From positions 1 through 40,832 of the IMG/VR virus record IMGVR_UViG_3300024268_000164: a stretch of 40,832 bases of DNA. The stretch is one strand, 5' to 3'. The notes under the pieces were generated by a model. It did not search any database, was not told where the DNA came from, and worked only from the letters and a program-made list of their open reading frames with translations. The translations under genes and the position numbers were made by a program. Shown here piece after piece: positions 15,057 to 21,670 of the stretch (position 1 is its first letter; every line of letters starts with the position of its first letter). The DNA comes from a virus.

Positions 15057-15767
15057 CTACCCCTTGATTTTTTCCCAATGCTCATTGATGTTTGCATACT
15101 GCTTTTCTGTAAGGTCTGCCAAACTGCTAACCTTGTAAAGTGTCAGGATTTTGCCTGTGTCAACACCTTCCTTGTCACACCTTGCAAGCAGGGCTTTCAG
15201 TTTCACTTCAGAAATGACTGATTTTTCAATCTTTTTCTGTTCTGTGTGTTCCTGGGCAGGCTGTCCAAATTCAATGTAAGTATTGTTTTTTGTGTTCAGC
15301 ACCTTCACATAGACAATCCTATCTTCCACATATTCAATTTCTGTCACCTTGAAGGTGTCCTTGCAGGTGTATTTCTTCTTGCCCTGCCATTCAGATTCTT
15401 CAAGGGTTTTCAGGTCCTTCTTATTCACGAACATGTCAGGTGCCGTGTAGAGTTCCCTTCCAATGCCCCAATTGAAGCAGGCCCTTTTGAAAGAATCAGA
15501 TGCAAGCCCTTTTTCTTTTTCAGTGAAGGATTCTGTGCCGGTGTCCTCTTTTTCAACCCACTGCTTCTTGAATTCATCCCAAATGGACACAATACAATTG
15601 GCATTATCCCGGTTGTGGTGCCGCTGCCAATTCATAGGCCCAACAGCTTCATCCAGGATATTCTGATCACACCGGGCATCCTTATATAAAAGAAGCCCAA
15701 CACCCCACTGATTGCAAATGGAAATCCTGCAATCAATTTCTTCTGCCGTTAATTTTCTGAACTGCAT
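15057..15767 (-). CDS. Rad52-family single-strand annealing protein (tentative)
   Basis: KGLASDSFKRACFNWGIGRELYT motif. Sits next to NinB and SSB. Confidence 0.6.
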   Translation of the reverse strand: MQFRKLTAEEIDCRISICNQWGVGLLLYKDARCDQNILDEAVGPMNWQRHHNRDNANCIVSIWDEFKKQWVEKEDTGTESFTEKEKGLASDSFKRACFNWGIGRELYTAPDMFVNKKDLKTLEESEWQGKKKYTCKDTFKVTEIEYVEDRIVYVKVLNTKNNTYIEFGQPAQEHTEQKKIEKSVISEVKLKALLARCDKEGVDTGKILTLYKVSSLADLTEKQYANINEHWEKIKG

Positions 15768-15949
15768 CTTCCTTCACCTTCCTTTTCAATTTCTTCAAGC
15801 TTGTACCATGTCTTTTCAGGTGCTTTGCTCTTTGATAAATTGCAGATAATATCAAGCAGTTCAAAAAGCTTTTCTGATTCAAAAACAATCTGTTCTTCAG
15901 CCGTCCAATTATCAAACTTTTTGTTCTGATATACTGTTAATTTCCACAT
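15749..15949 (-). CDS. Hypothetical protein (66 aa)
   Basis: ORF in operon context, overlapping the downstream start. Confidence 0.45.
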   Translation of the reverse strand: MWKLTVYQNKKFDNWTAEEQIVFESEKLFELLDIICNLSKSKAPEKTWYKLEEIEKEGEGRCSSEN

Positions 15950-15964
15950 GTGTGTTTCTCCTCT

Positions 15965-16192
15965 CTAACGGTTTGTTATGTTTTCAAAAACAACATTCCC
16001 GGCTTTGTCATAAATGATGGTTTTTAATTCATCCCCATCAGCAAAGCATTCAATGGATGCACATTTTTCAATGCTGTTGTTGTTCCTCTGTGTAAGTGTC
16101 AGAACCATTCCACCATCTTTCCTTCCAGGTCCACCTGAAAGATTTGTTCTTCTTCCATCAATGCTTCCTTTTATGTAAAAATTTCTGACCAT
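15965..16192 (-). CDS. Hypothetical protein (75 aa from the ATG at 16192)
   Basis: SD GAAAGGTA upstream of MVRNFYIKG. Confidence 0.5.
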   Translation of the reverse strand: MVRNFYIKGSIDGRRTNLSGGPGRKDGGMVLTLTQRNNNSIEKCASIECFADGDELKTIIYDKAGNVVFENITNR

Positions 16193-16232
16193 ATAGATAC
16201 CTTTCATTTTTTTGTGTAGGTATCTTTTGTGC

Positions 16233-16439
16233 TTACTCTTTCATGTAATCTTCAGTCCATTTGCGGAAGTTCTTTTCAGCACATTCCGGGCAATATATTT
16301 CATCATTGACCACCCAACATTCATCATCCGTGATGCGTTCCCCACATTCACTGCACTTTGGAAGCCTTTCCAATTCTCTTTCTTCTTCAGCACAATATGC
16401 ATCCCAATCCGCAACCGGGTTATCAGTTCTTATGAACAT
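16233..16439 (-). CDS. Hypothetical zinc-ribbon protein (CSECG...CPEC)
   Basis: 68-aa ORF. SD GGGGTGA sits 6 nt upstream of the ATG. Confidence 0.55.
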   Translation of the reverse strand: MFIRTDNPVADWDAYCAEEERELERLPKCSECGERITDDECWVVNDEIYCPECAEKNFRKWTEDYMKE

Positions 16440-16542
16440 TTGTGATCACCCCATCTTCAATGACAAATTCATAACCCAATTCATGCAACCGGCATAAATC
16501 TTCAACAGTGGCCTGTCCACTATAAATCAGCTTTTCATCCAT
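16423..16542 (-). CDS. Hypothetical micro-protein (39 aa, hand-called)
   Basis: MDEKLIYSGQATVEDLCRLHELGYEFVIEDGVITNVHKN. Starts 1 nt after the upstream stop and overlaps the downstream start. Confidence 0.35.
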   Translation of the reverse strand: MDEKLIYSGQATVEDLCRLHELGYEFVIEDGVITNVHKN

Positions 16543-16543
16543 T

Positions 16544-17056
16544 TCATTCACCCCTTTCTTTCATAAATACTTCTGCATACTGCACACCGAATTTCACCGC
16601 TTCCTGATGATTTTCAAAGTAGACATCAATTCTGTTTTCCTTAATGGCACCGCCACAATCGTGTGCTATGTATTCCTTGCCATTTATCACCACTGTGCTT
16701 CCATAAGGAATGACTTCCTTATCAACCGCAATGCTGACACCTGCAATCAGCCTTTCACCGCTTGCACCAATCACAATCTGATTTCCTGCTTCATCAACAG
16801 GCCTATTCAATGCCCATTTCCCACAGCACCGCTGACAGCTACAAAATGCTGTCAGCCGGAATTCTCCAAGTGATATGGTTTCAGGTTCTTCAGGTTCCGG
16901 TTCCGGTAATTCAACCACCACGGCTTTTTCAATCACTGCCGGTGTTTCTGTCTGTGCTTTCACTGTGGTTTCCTGGGTATTGGCTGCAAGCAACACAAAG
17001 GATGTAGCAATCAAGGCACCAATTCCAATGCCAATCAAGTCACTGTGTTTCTTCAT
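16544..17056 (-). CDS. Secreted or membrane-anchored 3D-domain (RlpA-like double-psi beta-barrel) cell-wall-active protein
   Basis: N-terminal hydrophobic segment LIGIGIGALIATSFVLLAA, a PEPEPEEPE linker, then FRLTAFCSCQRCCGKW...IAVDKEVIPYGSTVVING..YIAHDCGGAIKENRIDVYF, the 3D-domain signature. Confidence 0.75.
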   Translation of the reverse strand: MKKHSDLIGIGIGALIATSFVLLAANTQETTVKAQTETPAVIEKAVVVELPEPEPEEPETISLGEFRLTAFCSCQRCCGKWALNRPVDEAGNQIVIGASGERLIAGVSIAVDKEVIPYGSTVVINGKEYIAHDCGGAIKENRIDVYFENHQEAVKFGVQYAEVFMKERGE

Positions 17057-17283
17057 TCGGTTTCTTCACTCCCTTCTGTAATTGGCTGCACATTGAATGG
17101 ATCACTCAAATCACAGCCTTCATACTTTGCAAGGAATTCCTTCAAGGTTGACATTCTGCATTTCAGCCTTCCAATCTTCAGGAACCTAAGAAGCCCTGAC
17201 TTCTGAAGCTTGTATACATAGTCAACATTGGTTTTCAAAACTTTTGCCACTTCCGGCACCGTCAAAAGTAAATCTTCATTCAT
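17053..17283 (-). CDS. Excisionase-type (MerR-like HTH_17) DNA-binding protein
   Basis: LLTVPEVAKVLKTNVDYVYKLQKSGLLRFLKIGRLKCRMSTLKEFL. Second gene of the lytic operon. Confidence 0.55.
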   Translation of the reverse strand: MNEDLLLTVPEVAKVLKTNVDYVYKLQKSGLLRFLKIGRLKCRMSTLKEFLAKYEGCDLSDPFNVQPITEGSEETE

Positions 17284-17330
17284 TTTTCAGCCCTTCTTTT
17301 CATTTTTCGTCCTTTAGCATCATTTTTTGT

Positions 17331-17343
17331 TGATTTTAAATCA
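17331..17343. promoter_or_regulatory. Operator O2: perfect 13-bp palindrome TGATTT-T-AAATCA at the 3' end of the cro-like gene
   Basis: The same extended motif TTGTTGATTTnAAATCAC occurs at 17576-17593. Confidence 0.6.
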
Positions 17344-17554
17344 CTTCCTTAGCAAAAAAAATACGCTCTTTATCAGTCAACTTTGTGATGTTTAATATCT
17401 CGCAAAGTCCACTGATTTGTTTTGATGTGAAAGGTGTCTTGTTTTCACATTTGTTCTTAAATCCTTGTCTTGAAAGGCCTATTGTTTTTGCAATATAGCT
17501 TTTTTTCAAACCGGATTCAGCAATAATTTTTTCAAGTTCAGCCGTGTTGGTCAT
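17336..17554 (-). CDS. Cro-like HTH regulator (first gene of the lytic operon)
   Basis: 72 aa with HTH KKSYIAKTIGLSRQGFKNK. Divergent from the XRE repressor. Confidence 0.7.
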   Translation of the reverse strand: MTNTAELEKIIAESGLKKSYIAKTIGLSRQGFKNKCENKTPFTSKQISGLCEILNITKLTDKERIFFAKEVI

Positions 17555-17579
17555 CCGTTTGCCCCCCTTTCTTATTTGT

Positions 17580-17592
17580 TGATTTCAAATCA
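17580..17592. promoter_or_regulatory. Operator O1: perfect 13-bp palindrome TGATTT-C-AAATCA just downstream of the lytic promoter -10
   Basis: Read directly from the sequence. Positioned to block the leftward promoter. Confidence 0.65.
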
Positions 17593-17599
17593 CGATTTC

Positions 17600-17628
17600 A
17601 ATATAATACTTGTGTGATTATTTGTCAA
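17600..17628 (-). promoter_or_regulatory. Candidate lytic (cro) promoter TTGACA-17-TATATT
   Basis: The -35 is at 17623-17628 and the -10 at 17600-17605 on the minus strand. Confidence 0.55.
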
Positions 17629-17646
17629 CAGGTTTTTGCAAAATTG

Positions 17647-17675
17647 TTGATTTAAAATGCAAATAGTGGTATTAT
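17647..17675 (+). promoter_or_regulatory. Candidate repressor promoter TTGATT-17-(TGg)TATTAT overlapped by the degenerate operator O3 (TGATTTAAAATGC, 17648-17660)
   Basis: Extended -10 TGGTATTAT at 17667-17675. The -35 overlaps the O3 half-site. Confidence 0.5.
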
Positions 17676-17700
17676 CTATTCACGGAAGGTGGTGAAACTT

Positions 17701-18051
17701 ATGTCAAACATTGGTAAGAATATAAAAGAACGCAGGGAATCACTTGGAATGTCGCAAGATGAACTTGCCGAAAAAATGGGATATAAAAGCAGGTCTACAA
17801 TTGCCAAAATTGAAAAAGGTGTAAATGACATTACACAAACTAATATTGTTAGATTTGCAGAAATTCTTAGAACAACCCCTGCTGTACTTATGGGTTGGGA
17901 AAAGGTGCAAGAAAAAAACAATGCCATTGTGGGCATTGTTGGAAGGTTAAGAACTGATGATGAATTTCTCTCTTTGGTAGAAACACTGAACAACCTTGAC
18001 AAAGAAAAAATTGCAGGTGTTCAGCAAATGATTTCAGCTTTCCTGAAGTAA
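17701..18051 (+). CDS. XRE-family HTH repressor (probable maintenance repressor, CI-like role)
   Basis: IGKNIKERRESLGMSQDELAEKMGYKSRSTIAKIEKG is the HTH_3 pattern. ATG at 17701 follows SD GGAAGGTGGTG. Upstream of int and divergent from cro. Confidence 0.8.
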   Translation: MSNIGKNIKERRESLGMSQDELAEKMGYKSRSTIAKIEKGVNDITQTNIVRFAEILRTTPAVLMGWEKVQEKNNAIVGIVGRLRTDDEFLSLVETLNNLDKEKIAGVQQMISAFLK

Positions 18052-18132
18052 TTTCAGAATAAGGTCAAGCAAAGATATGTCATTACATTTTTCTAATAAC
18101 TCGGTGATTTTATTTATGTATTCTTCTCTCAT
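18034..18132 (-). CDS. Micro-ORF A (32 aa): MREEYINKITELLEKCNDISLLDLILKLLQES, paralog of micro-ORF B
   Basis: Hand-called. SD AAAGGAG sits 6 nt upstream. 17/32 residues are identical to the ORF at 21805..21906, with many synonymous differences. The 3' end overlaps the repressor 3' end in antisense. Confidence 0.6.
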   Translation of the reverse strand: MREEYINKITELLEKCNDISLLDLILKLLQES

Positions 18133-18152
18133 GGCATACTCCTTTCACCGGG

Positions 18153-18200
18153 GAACGAATGTTCTGAATTTATTTTAAAACAAGAATTGAAACAAAACAA
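18153..18200 (-). promoter_or_regulatory. Candidate promoter for micro-ORF A (TTGTTT-17-TAAAAT) followed by the palindrome GAACGAATGTTC
   Basis: The -35 is at 18195-18200, the -10 at 18172-18177 and the palindrome at 18153-18164. Confidence 0.4.
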
Positions 18201-18298
18201 TGGTAAATGTTAGCACTTGGAATATCATGAATTTTTTACTAAAAAACATATTTTTTTCATAAAAAATAATTTTTCGTGCAAAGAAAGGGGATGGGATA

Positions 18299-20053
18299 AT
18301 GGCAAAAGTTATCATCACGAACAGGGGAGATAAAAAGAAACCTTCTTGGCAATACCGTTTTGAATTGGCAAAGGTGGATGGCAAAAGAAGATATGCAACC
18401 AAGGCAGGATTCAAAACTAAGGAAGAAGCAGAAAAGGCAGGCAACCTTGCCCTTGCTGAATATCTCCGGGCAGGCAAGCACTTTGAACCTTCTGAAATGT
18501 CTGTGGCAGATTATCTTGATTATTGGGTAAACAATTATGCCGTTGTGAATCTTGCGGATAATACAGTCAGTGCATACACCAATATCATAAAAAATCATAT
18601 CAAGCCCCGGATTGGCCACTTTATGCTGAAATCCATTGATGTAATGACATTACAGGACATGATCAATGACATATACCTTCAAAAAGGATTCACCAAGAAG
18701 TTCCTGGGGAACATCCTGAAGGTGTGCAAGGGTGCATTCGGATATGCTGCATATACTGCAAAGCTGATTCCATACAACATTGCTGAACCTGTCAAATTGC
18801 CCAAATTCGAGCCAAAAGAAGGAACAATGAAGATTCTATCCAAGGAACAAATGGAAGCCGTTCTTGACCGTTTCTGCAACTCTCCATATCAATATTATGC
18901 AATGCTTATAGGTTACTACACAGGAATGCGAATTGGTGAAGTATATGGATTGACATGGGATGATGTGGATTTGAGAAATGGCATCATTCATGTCAGACAG
19001 CAATGCAAAGTAAAAGACAAGGATGCCATGGCAGGACGGAAGCCACAAAAAGGCAAGGCATTGAACAGATGGTACCTTGGTGCCTTGAAAAACAATTCTT
19101 CATACAGAACCATCAAAATTGGTGATGAATTGCTGAATGCACTTACTGCATATAAGGAAATGCAAGAAAAGGCTGAAGAAGAATATGGTGAATTTTATGT
19201 GAAGCACTACCTGAAGGAAGAAAAGCTTGCCAATAGTAGAATAGAACACCGGATCATATCACAAACGGATGAAGCAGGCCTGTGTCCATATCCCAGGGTG
19301 AAGCTTGTGTGCGTGAAGGAAAATGGTGAATTCCGGGGAACTGTACCAATGAAATATGTTGCAAAGGTTGTCAAAACAGAAATGGGCTTTGAAGATTTCC
19401 ATTTCCACATGTTGCGACACACTCATGCCACTGTGCTTGTGTCAAATACAGAAGAATTGCAAATCAAAGATGTTTCAGAAAGGCTTGGTCATGCATCAAT
19501 TAAAACCACAATGGACACCTATGTTTCAAACACAGATGAAATGCGTGTGAAATCTATGGAAATATTTGAAAAAGTGGGCAAATTGAATGTGAAACATAGA
19601 AATGAAAGACTTTATGAGATTTGGAAAAGCACAAAGAACAGATGCAACAGCACTTCATTTTATAAAAGCCGGGGAATCAAATTTCATGATGCATGGCTTG
19701 ATTATGAAGTATTCGAGCAGTGGGCAATGGAAAACGGATATGAAGATGATTTGTCACTGATAAGAAAAGATAAAACACTTGATTTTTGCCCTGATAACTG
19801 TATATGGTCATCTGAAAACAAAAATGTGCGTGGAAAGCATGTGTGGACAGATGGACACAACATCAGATCATATTCTGTCAGAAATATTGGTTCATCATAT
19901 CAATACAGTATTACTGAATATGACCAAAAAGGCAAAAGAAAAAATATTCAAAAGGCAGGTTTTAAGTCCGAACAGGAAGCAAAAGAAGCAGCGGAAGCTG
20001 TCATTGAAGCCATGTATGAAAATGCGACAGCATTGCTCAAAAGAATAAAGTAA
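18299..20053 (+). CDS. int: Tyrosine integrase with an N-terminal Arm-binding domain and an unusual ~165-aa C-terminal extension
   Basis: Catalytic motifs YTGMRIGE, HMLRHTHAT and LGHASIKTTMDTY (Tyr codon at 19520-19522). The N-terminus SWQYRFE..GKRRYATKAGFKTKEEAEKA is Arm-domain-like. Confidence 0.9.
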   Translation: MAKVIITNRGDKKKPSWQYRFELAKVDGKRRYATKAGFKTKEEAEKAGNLALAEYLRAGKHFEPSEMSVADYLDYWVNNYAVVNLADNTVSAYTNIIKNHIKPRIGHFMLKSIDVMTLQDMINDIYLQKGFTKKFLGNILKVCKGAFGYAAYTAKLIPYNIAEPVKLPKFEPKEGTMKILSKEQMEAVLDRFCNSPYQYYAMLIGYYTGMRIGEVYGLTWDDVDLRNGIIHVRQQCKVKDKDAMAGRKPQKGKALNRWYLGALKNNSSYRTIKIGDELLNALTAYKEMQEKAEEEYGEFYVKHYLKEEKLANSRIEHRIISQTDEAGLCPYPRVKLVCVKENGEFRGTVPMKYVAKVVKTEMGFEDFHFHMLRHTHATVLVSNTEELQIKDVSERLGHASIKTTMDTYVSNTDEMRVKSMEIFEKVGKLNVKHRNERLYEIWKSTKNRCNSTSFYKSRGIKFHDAWLDYEVFEQWAMENGYEDDLSLIRKDKTLDFCPDNCIWSSENKNVRGKHVWTDGHNIRSYSVRNIGSSYQYSITEYDQKGKRKNIQKAGFKSEQEAKEAAEAVIEAMYENATALLKRIK

Positions 20054-20056
20054 TCC

Positions 20057-20397
20057 TGTACGCAAAATGCGTACACCGGAACCAATGCGTACAGAATGCG
20101 TACAAAATGCGTACAGGACCAAAAAAACACATATTTTAAATTATGAAGCAATCGCTAGAAACCGCATAAAATCAGGGTTTTTTCAGTTTCGTCCACAACA
20201 CTTCTTATACTTCTTACCACTTCCGCATGAAGTTTTTTGGGATATATTTATCGTAATTTATTATCACTTTGTATCACCTTGAAACACCGATAAATACAGT
20301 GGTATCAAGGAAAAACAATACTTTTCATCACTTTTTATCATTTCTTATTATTATGTGCAATTCTGCTAGTGCGTACAAAATGCGTACACAGTACGCA
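20057..20397. other. attP-like region: arm-type sites TGCGTACA (5 left, 3 right) flanking a ~250-bp AT-rich core
   Basis: Sites are at 20057 (inverted), 20068, 20086, 20097 and 20108 (the last three phased at 11 bp), and at 20370, 20381 and 20391 (inverted, partial). Lies immediately after int. Confidence 0.7.
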
Positions 20398-20406
20398 AAT
20401 ATAAAA

Positions 20407-20440
20407 AATAGCCACCGTTTTGGTGGCTATTTTATTTTTT
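20407..20440. terminator. Bidirectional rho-independent terminator
   Basis: AATAGCCACC-GTTTT-GGTGGCTATT with T-runs on both strands. Ends the 20427..20945 gene and would stop readthrough from int. Confidence 0.75.
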
Positions 20441-20945
20441 GAATATAAGAATATGCACTCCGGTGTTTTTCAACATAATTTATGCATTCTTCATCCATCA
20501 CTTCATAATATGTTTGTAGTGAATCATAAAAATTTTGATATTGCCTTATTTGTGCTTTTTCTGTTTTCAATCCTTTTGCTTTGGTTTCAACGGTTTTATA
20601 ATATCTTGTTAAAAACTCATAAATACACCTGTGTTTATTTTGATGAAATTCTTTTAGTACATCACTCGGCTTTACATCCTTAAAAGATACATAGGGTTCA
20701 AACATGACCAAATCAGTTGCTTTTTCTTCCATCAGTTTCAACCTAGAAAAGAATACATCCGGTTTTACTGTTTCCGTTATGGGTTTTTTACAATCATTTA
20801 TTATACGCAAATCGTTATTGATTCTAGGCAATGTCATTTCTAATAATTGGTTTTTATTAAATTTCAATCGTGGAAGTGGTTCTTCCAGTAATGCATTTTG
20901 CCATTTTAAAAGTTTGTCATTCTTTCCAAAACCAAATATACTCAT
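20427..20945 (-). CDS. Hypothetical protein of unknown function (172 aa from MSIFGFGKND), AT-rich, attP-proximal
   Basis: SD AGAGGGGG upstream. Co-directional with and 14 nt downstream of the LexA-like gene. No recognisable motif and no TM segment. Confidence 0.65.
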   Translation of the reverse strand: MSIFGFGKNDKLLKWQNALLEEPLPRLKFNKNQLLEMTLPRINNDLRIINDCKKPITETVKPDVFFSRLKLMEEKATDLVMFEPYVSFKDVKPSDVLKEFHQNKHRCIYEFLTRYYKTVETKAKGLKTEKAQIRQYQNFYDSLQTYYEVMDEECINYVEKHRSAYSYIQKIK

Positions 20946-20959
20946 ATACATACCCCCTC

Positions 20960-21658
20960 TTATGTTCTTATTACACCGCAACATGTGCCAATGTATTGCA
21001 CTTCATCCATCCGCTTCAGAACAATGTCTGAATCCTGATTATGTAGGCACTGCAACCGGTAATGTCCATCTTCTTCAATGAATTTCCTGATATATACCCT
21101 ATCACCACGCAAGAAGGCAGCACATTCTTCATTGCCTGGGAAACGATTTTCAAAAAGAATAACATCCCCTTTGCAGAATTTTGGTGCCAAGTCATTGCTT
21201 GTCATTTTAATTGCAATATAAGCTTCTTGTGTGCCTGTTTCAATTTCAATGGTTTCACATGTATCATATATGATTCCCTTGTGTATTTCCCCATGTGGAA
21301 GAAGGCAGGGAATCTTGTGTTTCATGAAGGCTTCCCTTTCACTTTTTACCGAACCTGCTTCATACTTGGCAATCAATTCAATGATGCTTTTTCCATGCGG
21401 ACCGCATGACCGGTAATTCCGCAATATAGCCTTTTCCTGTGGTGTATGCGGACATTTTCCCATAAGGCAATTCATACTGTGACCGGTTGCTTCTGATATA
21501 GCCATGACGGTTGAAACCTTTGGATCAGGTGTTTTTCCATAATATATATTTCTGATTGTGTCTAATGGCAGTCCGCTTTCGTCTGCCAATTTCTCTTTGG
21601 TCCACCCCAATTCGGCAAGGATTTCTTGTAACCTTTTGCTTAAAATTTTACCCGGCAT
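20960..21658 (-). CDS. LexA/CI-like regulator: N-terminal XRE HTH plus C-terminal S24 peptidase-like domain
   Basis: N-terminus LSKRLQEILAELGWTKEKLADESGLPLDTIRNIYYG. C-terminus KGDVILFEN....ECAAFLRGDRVYIRKF......YRLQCLHN....IVL.....QYIGTCCGVIR parallels LexA DGDLLAV...VVVARIDDEVTVKRL...VELLPEN...IEGLAVGVIR. Ala-Gly at residues 101-102. Confidence 0.75.
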   Translation of the reverse strand: MPGKILSKRLQEILAELGWTKEKLADESGLPLDTIRNIYYGKTPDPKVSTVMAISEATGHSMNCLMGKCPHTPQEKAILRNYRSCGPHGKSIIELIAKYEAGSVKSEREAFMKHKIPCLLPHGEIHKGIIYDTCETIEIETGTQEAYIAIKMTSNDLAPKFCKGDVILFENRFPGNEECAAFLRGDRVYIRKFIEEDGHYRLQCLHNQDSDIVLKRMDEVQYIGTCCGVIRT

Positions 21659-21670
21659 ACATTTCCCCCT

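Noticed and set aside
18175-18619. Two minus-strand ORFs (100 and 120 aa) overlapping the 5' part of the integrase gene
   Set aside because: They lie antisense to the integrase, which has clear catalytic motifs, and they look like composition artefacts. The only minus-strand ORF I accept in this area is the 32-aa micro-ORF at 18034-18132.
20067-20282. 71-aa plus-strand ORF downstream of int
   Set aside because: It is created by the GCGTACA arm-site repeats (its translation repeats MRT/AYR). It has no SD and sits within the attP region.
20116-20369. tRNA or tmRNA fragment as the attP core
   Set aside because: I could not find a T-loop/acceptor-like sequence (for example GGTTCGAATCC-type) by eye. 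This cannot be excluded without tRNAscan-type or blastn searches.
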